DNA from: Thermoanaerobaculia bacterium
GTDB taxonomy: Bacteria > Acidobacteriota > Thermoanaerobaculia > Multivoradales > UBA5704
Length of the DNA: 39,393 nucleotides
Assembly (NCBI GenBank): GCA_044226625.1
Contig: JBGAGQ010000060.1
Coordinates: 1 to 39,393 of the forward strand
Reading direction: 5' to 3'
The stretch's first letter is position 1. Every line of letters begins with the position of its first letter. The translations under genes and the position numbers were made by a program. The notes below the pieces were generated by a model. The model was given only the letters and a program-made list of their open reading frames with translations. It had not been told where the DNA came from and ran no database searches. Positions 34,619 through 39,393 of this stretch are shown here, piece by piece.

Positions 34619-37600
34619 ATGTCCCATCGCAATCGATCCCACGCCCTCGCCGCTTGGAGCGTCTTCGGCTCCCTGGCCCTCACCGTCGCGGCATCCGCCC
34701 AGATCGCGCCCCCGAGGTCGAGCAAGGCCCTCCACGGCAATTACGACATCCGCGTCAACGGACGCGCCGAGCTTGCCCGGCTCTTGCGCGCTCCCCAGGC
34801 TACGGACCTACGCCGCATGGCGGAGGCCGGCAAGGGCGTGCGCGCCTCGATGGACTCCGCGCTCGCGAACCTCCAGCGGGAGGTGCCGACGGCCCGGCTC
34901 GCCTCCTCACCGCTCACCGGCGGTGTCGAGGTGGTCCGCGCTCCGGGCCACGCCCTGTCCGCCGCCGCGAGCGGCACGACCGCCGAGATCGCGTTGGGCT
35001 TTTTGCGGAGCCACGCGGCGCTGTACGGGCTGAGCGCGGAACAAATCGATCGAATGGAGGTCCTGGGCGAGAGCCTGAGCCCGAAGAGCGGCCTGCGCAT
35101 GGTCCGACTGCGCCAGACGGTCCACGGCGTGCCGGTCTTCCAAAGCGACACGCGGGCGCTGCTCGATCGCGACGGCCGGCTGGTCCGCACCGTCGGCCGG
35201 CTGGTCCCGGGGGTAGACGAGCGCAGCGTGGCGGCCTCGAGCTTCGCCGGTCAGATCGCACCCGAGAAGGCGCTCTCCGCCGCGCTCGCGACGGTGGGAG
35301 ATCCCAAGGTCGAGCGTACCGGCGCGAGCCGCTTGGTCTTTTTCCCTCTCGGCGCGGGAACCCTGATCCCCGCCTGGGCGCAGGTGGCGTACGTCGACGG
35401 CCCGGCCGACTGGTATTTCGTCGTCGACGCCCGCACCGGAACGCTCCTCTACCGCAAGAACATCGAGCACCAGGTGTCGACCGAGGAGGCCCGCTTCAGC
35501 GTCTACGTCCAGGCCGACGGTAAGGTCCCGGCCGACAACCCCGCGCCGCGCTCGCCGGTCACGGTGGCGCCGAACGCGGGAACCCAGTTCCCCGCGATCT
35601 CGCGGACCACGGTCTCGATGTCCTCGGTGCAGGATGACGAGGCGAGCCCCGACGGCTGGATCGCCGACGGAGATTCGACGACCACCGGCAACAACGTAGA
35701 CGCCTATCTCGATCGCGACGGTGACGACTTCGACGACGCAGGATCGCTCGATCTCGACGGACGGCCGACCGGCAACGTCGACGGCGCCGGCAACGCGCGC
35801 GATTTCCTCGGCTCCGGCTTCTCCTACACCCCCGCGCCGCTGGGCGCCGATCCCGACGACGGCGACGATCCGTCCGGATCGGACGATTTCCAGCGCGGCG
35901 CGGTGACCCAGCTGTTCTACGCCACGAACTACTACCACGACCGCCTGTACCAGCTCGGCTTCGACGAAGGGGCGGGCAACTTCCAGAACGACAACTTCGG
36001 CCGCGGCGGCGCCGGAGGGGACCGGGTTCTCGCCGAGGCGCAGCAGGGAGCGGGCGCCGCCGATCCGTCCTTCAACAACGCGAACTTCAGCACGCCGCCG
36101 GACGGCGAGAACGGCGTCATGCGCATGTTCCTGTTCGACGGCCCGGGACCCGATCGCGACGGTAGCCTCGATGCGGAGATCGTCCTCCACGAGCTGACGC
36201 ACGGCCTCAGCAACCGGCTGATCGGAGACGGCGCGGGCCTCAACTGGTTCCCCGGCGGTTCGATGGGTGAAGGCTGGAGCGACTTCTACGCCCTCTCGCT
36301 CCTCAACTCGAGACCGTCCGACCTGCCCAACGCCCGCTACGCCTACGGCGCCTACGCGACCTATGAGATCGCCGGCGTGCCGTTCACCGACAACTACGTC
36401 TCGGGCATCCGCCGCTTCCCCTACACGACGGCGAACAACGTCAACCCGCTCACCTGGGCGGACGTCGACGACACCACCGCCAACATGTCCGGCGGTCTGC
36501 CGCCGAGCCTCCTCGGTTTCGAGTTCAACGGCGGTCTCGAGGTGCACAACGCCGGCGAGGTCTGGGCGTTGAGCCTGTGGGAGGTGCGCAGCCGGATCAT
36601 CGCGAGCCACGGCGGCAACGTGCCGAACGGCAACGAGATCATGCTCCAGCTGGTGACCGACGCGCTCAAGATGACGCCCATCGATCCGTCGTTCACCGAA
36701 GCGCGCGACGCCTTGATCGATGCCGATTGCGCCACCAATAACTGCGCCAACGAGCAAGCGATCTGGGCCGGTTTTGCCGATCGAGGCCTGGGCTGGGACG
36801 CGACCGACTCGCGTGGCATCGCCACCCACATCGGCGTCAAGCAGTCCTTCGCGCTACCGAATCTCGACATCGCGTCGATCCAGATCCTCGACACCGGCGG
36901 CGGCGCGAACCACTTCCCCGATCCGGGCGAGACGGTCAACCTGAAGATCACCCTGCGGAATCCCTGGCACCTCGCGAGCAAGAAGGCGAACAACGTCTCG
37001 GCGATGCTCACCTCGCCCACCCCCGGCGTCGTAGTCACCAAGAAGACTTCCGCCTACCCGATGATTCCGGCGCAGGGGAGCGCGGTCAACAGCGTCGTCT
37101 TCACGTTCAAGGTTCCCAACGGGTTCGCCTGTGGCCGTGCGATCCAGTTCAACCTCGCGACGACGGGCTCGTTGGGGCCCCGCACCCAGTCGTTCACCCT
37201 CCGCGTGGGCAAGCCGGGCGGCGTCGGCGCGGTCCGGACGTTCACCAAGTCGATCGCGGGAGGCCTCGCGATCCCGGACGGTTTCGGGTCGGGCGTCGTC
37301 AGCTCGCTGCCCGTCACGATGGATCTGGTGATCGCCGATCTCGACGTCAAGCTCAACAGCCTCACTCACACCTGGGTGGGCGATCTCTCGGTCGAGATCA
37401 AGAGCCCCGAGGCGCTCGGCACCGACATGGTCTACGCGCCCGCGGGCTGCATTCCGGACGGCTGCTTCCTCGGCCTGAACTCGGGTGACAATTTCACCAA
37501 CACCACGTTCGACGACGCGGCGACCCAGGATCTCGTGCTCGCCGACGCTCCGGCGGCGCCGTTCACCGGCCGCTGGCTGCCATTCCTGAACTCCCCATCG

Positions 37601-37762
37601 CTCGGCGAGATCGGAGTCGACTCGGGCGAGCTCTCCCACTTCAACGACCAGAGCACGCTAGGCACATGGCAGCTGTTCGTGAGCGATCAGGCGCCGCGCG
37701 ACGTCGGCAAGCTGAACTCGTGGTCCCTGCTGATCAAACCGCGGCTGTTCACCTGCCGCTAG
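34619..37762 (+). CDS. M36 (fungalysin) family metallopeptidase with propeptide and C-terminal proprotein-convertase P-domain
   Basis: Signal peptide; FTP/PepSY-like region (QTVHGVPVF, VVDARTG); GNNVDAY, HELTHGLSNRL, GEGWSD, VHNAGEVW; HTWVGDL...GTWQLFVSD...GKLNSWSL. Confidence 0.93.
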   Translation: MSHRNRSHALAAWSVFGSLALTVAASAQIAPPRSSKALHGNYDIRVNGRAELARLLRAPQATDLRRMAEAGKGVRASMDSALANLQREVPTARLASSPLTGGVEVVRAPGHALSAAASGTTAEIALGFLRSHAALYGLSAEQIDRMEVLGESLSPKSGLRMVRLRQTVHGVPVFQSDTRALLDRDGRLVRTVGRLVPGVDERSVAASSFAGQIAPEKALSAALATVGDPKVERTGASRLVFFPLGAGTLIPAWAQVAYVDGPADWYFVVDARTGTLLYRKNIEHQVSTEEARFSVYVQADGKVPADNPAPRSPVTVAPNAGTQFPAISRTTVSMSSVQDDEASPDGWIADGDSTTTGNNVDAYLDRDGDDFDDAGSLDLDGRPTGNVDGAGNARDFLGSGFSYTPAPLGADPDDGDDPSGSDDFQRGAVTQLFYATNYYHDRLYQLGFDEGAGNFQNDNFGRGGAGGDRVLAEAQQGAGAADPSFNNANFSTPPDGENGVMRMFLFDGPGPDRDGSLDAEIVLHELTHGLSNRLIGDGAGLNWFPGGSMGEGWSDFYALSLLNSRPSDLPNARYAYGAYATYEIAGVPFTDNYVSGIRRFPYTTANNVNPLTWADVDDTTANMSGGLPPSLLGFEFNGGLEVHNAGEVWALSLWEVRSRIIASHGGNVPNGNEIMLQLVTDALKMTPIDPSFTEARDALIDADCATNNCANEQAIWAGFADRGLGWDATDSRGIATHIGVKQSFALPNLDIASIQILDTGGGANHFPDPGETVNLKITLRNPWHLASKKANNVSAMLTSPTPGVVVTKKTSAYPMIPAQGSAVNSVVFTFKVPNGFACGRAIQFNLATTGSLGPRTQSFTLRVGKPGGVGAVRTFTKSIAGGLAIPDGFGSGVVSSLPVTMDLVIADLDVKLNSLTHTWVGDLSVEIKSPEALGTDMVYAPAGCIPDGCFLGLNSGDNFTNTTFDDAATQDLVLADAPAAPFTGRWLPFLNSPSLGEIGVDSGELSHFNDQSTLGTWQLFVSDQAPRDVGKLNSWSLLIKPRLFTCR

Positions 37763-37769
37763 CGCTCAT

Positions 37770-37793
37770 CGGCCGGCCCTTCGGGGCCGGCCG
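37770..37793. terminator. GC hairpin between convergent genes
   Basis: CGGCCGGCCC-TTCG-GGGCCGGCCG, a 10-bp stem with a UUCG tetraloop; weak U-tract. Confidence 0.7.
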
Positions 37794-37804
37794 GTTCCCC
37801 TCTC

Positions 37805-38434
37805 TCAACCGTTCGCCAGGAAGGCGAGCAACGCTGCGACCGGGCCGTTGAAGACGTCCTGGTCGACCGCGCCGGTGACGCCCGCCACGGTTCCCGACTG
37901 CGAGTACTGCCAGAAACTCCAGGTCGAAAACCCGCTCGGCAACGCCGGTGCGGAGGCGTAGTCGGCGAGCCAGAGCGGGTAGGCGATCAACGCGGGATTG
38001 CCCCCGTTCGCGTTCCAGAAGCCAGGCGAGACATAGAGCATCGGCCTCCGACCGGTCTCGCTCGCGACCGTTTCGAGCCAGGTCGAGACACCCGCCCAAA
38101 GCGTCGAAGCCGAGACCCCATTCGTGATCTCGACGTCCAAGACGGGAGGCAAGTCGTGGGCCGACAGGGTTCCCACCACCGAAAGGAAGAACTGGGCCTG
38201 GGTGGCGGCGTCGTCCTCTGGATGGAAAAAGTGGTAGGCGCCGCGCAGAAGGCCAGCCGCACCCATCGCCGGCCAGTTGGTCGAGAACATCGCGTCGGTC
38301 GAGGTGACCCCCTCGGTCGCCTTCGCGAACGCAAACGACATTCCGGCGCCGCGCACCGCGTTCCAGTCGACGGTCCCCTGGTAATGGGAGACGTCGATCC
38401 CCTGCGCCTGACCTTCCCCTGCGGTCGAACCCAT
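37805..38434 (-). CDS. GH25 muramidase (lysozyme)
   Basis: GIDVSHYQG, FAKATEG, RGAYHFF, PVLDVE, LWLADY, FWQYS, VDQD; AAAGGAGG RBS. Confidence 0.95.
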   Translation of the reverse strand: MGSTAGEGQAQGIDVSHYQGTVDWNAVRGAGMSFAFAKATEGVTSTDAMFSTNWPAMGAAGLLRGAYHFFHPEDDAATQAQFFLSVVGTLSAHDLPPVLDVEITNGVSASTLWAGVSTWLETVASETGRRPMLYVSPGFWNANGGNPALIAYPLWLADYASAPALPSGFSTWSFWQYSQSGTVAGVTGAVDQDVFNGPVAALLAFLANG

Positions 38435-38627
38435 GCCGGCCTCCTTTGAACGGATCGGGAAAGCTTAGCTGAGCCTTCGCGCCAGTTGCCGCGCACCGCG
38501 TTCCAGTCGACGGTCCCCTGGTAATGGGAGACGTCGATCCCCTGCGCCTGACCTTCCCCTGCGGTCGAACCCATGCCGGCCTCCTTTGAACGGATCGGGA
38601 AAGCTTAGCTGAGCCTTCGCGCCAGTT
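38348..38627. repeat. Exact 140-bp tandem duplication of the GH25 leader and first 29 codons
   Basis: 38348-38487 is identical to 38488-38627. Confidence 0.95.
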
Positions 38628-38642
38628 GACTACAATCTCACC

Positions 38643-39080
38643 ATGCAATCCGAGCTGCCCGCCTGGTTCGCCGTGGCCCTTCCGGCGGGGATCCTGATCG
38701 GGTTCGTGACCATCTGGAGCCTCGTCTGCGCGCTCATCGCTGGGGTGAGCGGATACCGAACGCTCGCCGCGTTTCGCATCGACTCGACCTCGGCCAGCGA
38801 GGGCGACGAGCTGCCGGCGCCGCCGATCGCCTGGATAGGGCCTTCCCGGTATCGGGGCGGAATCCTGAAGCTGTCCGCGAGCCCCGGCGGCCTCGCCGTT
38901 CGCATTCCGCGGATCTTCCTGTTCCACCCGCCGGTTCGCGTGCCGTGGGAGCGCATCCGAGTAGAGGCCGAGCCGCTCAGGTCCGGTCCCGCTCTCCTCT
39001 TGGACGACCGCGTCCGGCTCCGCGTCCCACCGGACACCCTGGCCGCAGTCCGTGACGCCAAAGCGCGCTACGCGGGCTGA
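38643..39080 (+). CDS. Small membrane-anchored hypothetical protein
   Basis: N-terminal TM helix; FLFHPPVRVPWERI. TACAAT at 38631-38636 suggests a leaderless start. Confidence 0.8.
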   Translation: MQSELPAWFAVALPAGILIGFVTIWSLVCALIAGVSGYRTLAAFRIDSTSASEGDELPAPPIAWIGPSRYRGGILKLSASPGGLAVRIPRIFLFHPPVRVPWERIRVEAEPLRSGPALLLDDRVRLRVPPDTLAAVRDAKARYAG

Positions 39081-39103
39081 TCGGCTCGAAACCGGCCACC
39101 GAC

Positions 39104-39393
39104 ATGCCCCATCTCGCAAGACCGCTCGAGATCCTGGTCGGCATCTGGGAGGTCGGTCTCGTCTCGCTGATCCTGTGGCGCGTGGTGCGGGCGTTCCGCC
39201 GTAGCCGAAGCGGCGACCTGTCGGACGCCGAGCCGCAGGATGCCTTTTTCCGCATCCGCTCCGCGTCGCGCGCCACGCTGCCGTTCCGTCGCCCGGCCGA
39301 TGCGCTCGCCTACGAGATCGCGGTTACGGCTTACGCACTCTTCGGCGCTGATCGCAAGCTTTCGCTGCCGGGCCGGGCGTTTTCCTATCATCG
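39104..39393 (+). CDS. Membrane protein, 5' part (runs off the window)
   Basis: Open frame from ATG 39104: MPHLARPLEILVGIWEVGLVSLILWRVVR...ALAYEIAVTAYALFG...AFSYH. Not in the ORF track. Confidence 0.65.
   Translation, partial: MPHLARPLEILVGIWEVGLVSLILWRVVRAFRRSRSGDLSDAEPQDAFFRIRSASRATLPFRRPADALAYEIAVTAYALFGADRKLSLPGRAFSYH

Noticed and set aside
37987-38574. 195-aa ORF as a second lysozyme gene
   Set aside because: Product of the 140-bp duplication; out of frame after codon 29.
37805-39080. GH25 plus small membrane protein as a prophage lysis cassette
   Set aside because: The genes are divergent, the membrane protein has a soluble domain unlike a holin, and no phage genes are present.

Overview
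High-GC (about 70% by eye) bacterial chromosomal window, probably Acidobacteriota (Thermoanaerobaculia-like; inferred from gene style, not proven). Left ~9 kb is accessory: two XRE-HTH regulator genes (one complete XRE-TPR, one cut by the window edge) bracket a small secreted protein with 17-aa NGCxLDPxGxC repeats. Beside them are a divergent gene resembling the regulator's own C-terminal domain, a single-chain Phd-PIN fusion heading an operon with DauA/SulP and a C4 zinc-ribbon protein (flanked by two identical 38-bp palindromic boxes), and several short orphans. The middle holds a lipid-modification cluster (two glycosyltransferases, PHP-half-GT4, GNAT, LPLAT), a five-gene CheA-like/CheY/REC-DUF4388/CheX operon with no MCP or CheW, a PstS-OmpA pseudogene remnant, a PafA-type phosphatase with an insertion, and an aquaporin. 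It continues with a TPR/LolB-like pair, an MshEN protein, HU/IHF and a site-2 protease. The right end is a cluster of secreted or lytic proteins (M12, Phi-1/EXORDIUM-like, orphan, M36, GH25) with an exact 140-bp tandem duplication. The best candidate for a new system is the XRE-TPR plus secreted Cys-repeat peptide module at 1-3127. No rRNA, tRNA, CRISPR array or transposase was recognised. All family calls come from motifs read by eye, not database searches.
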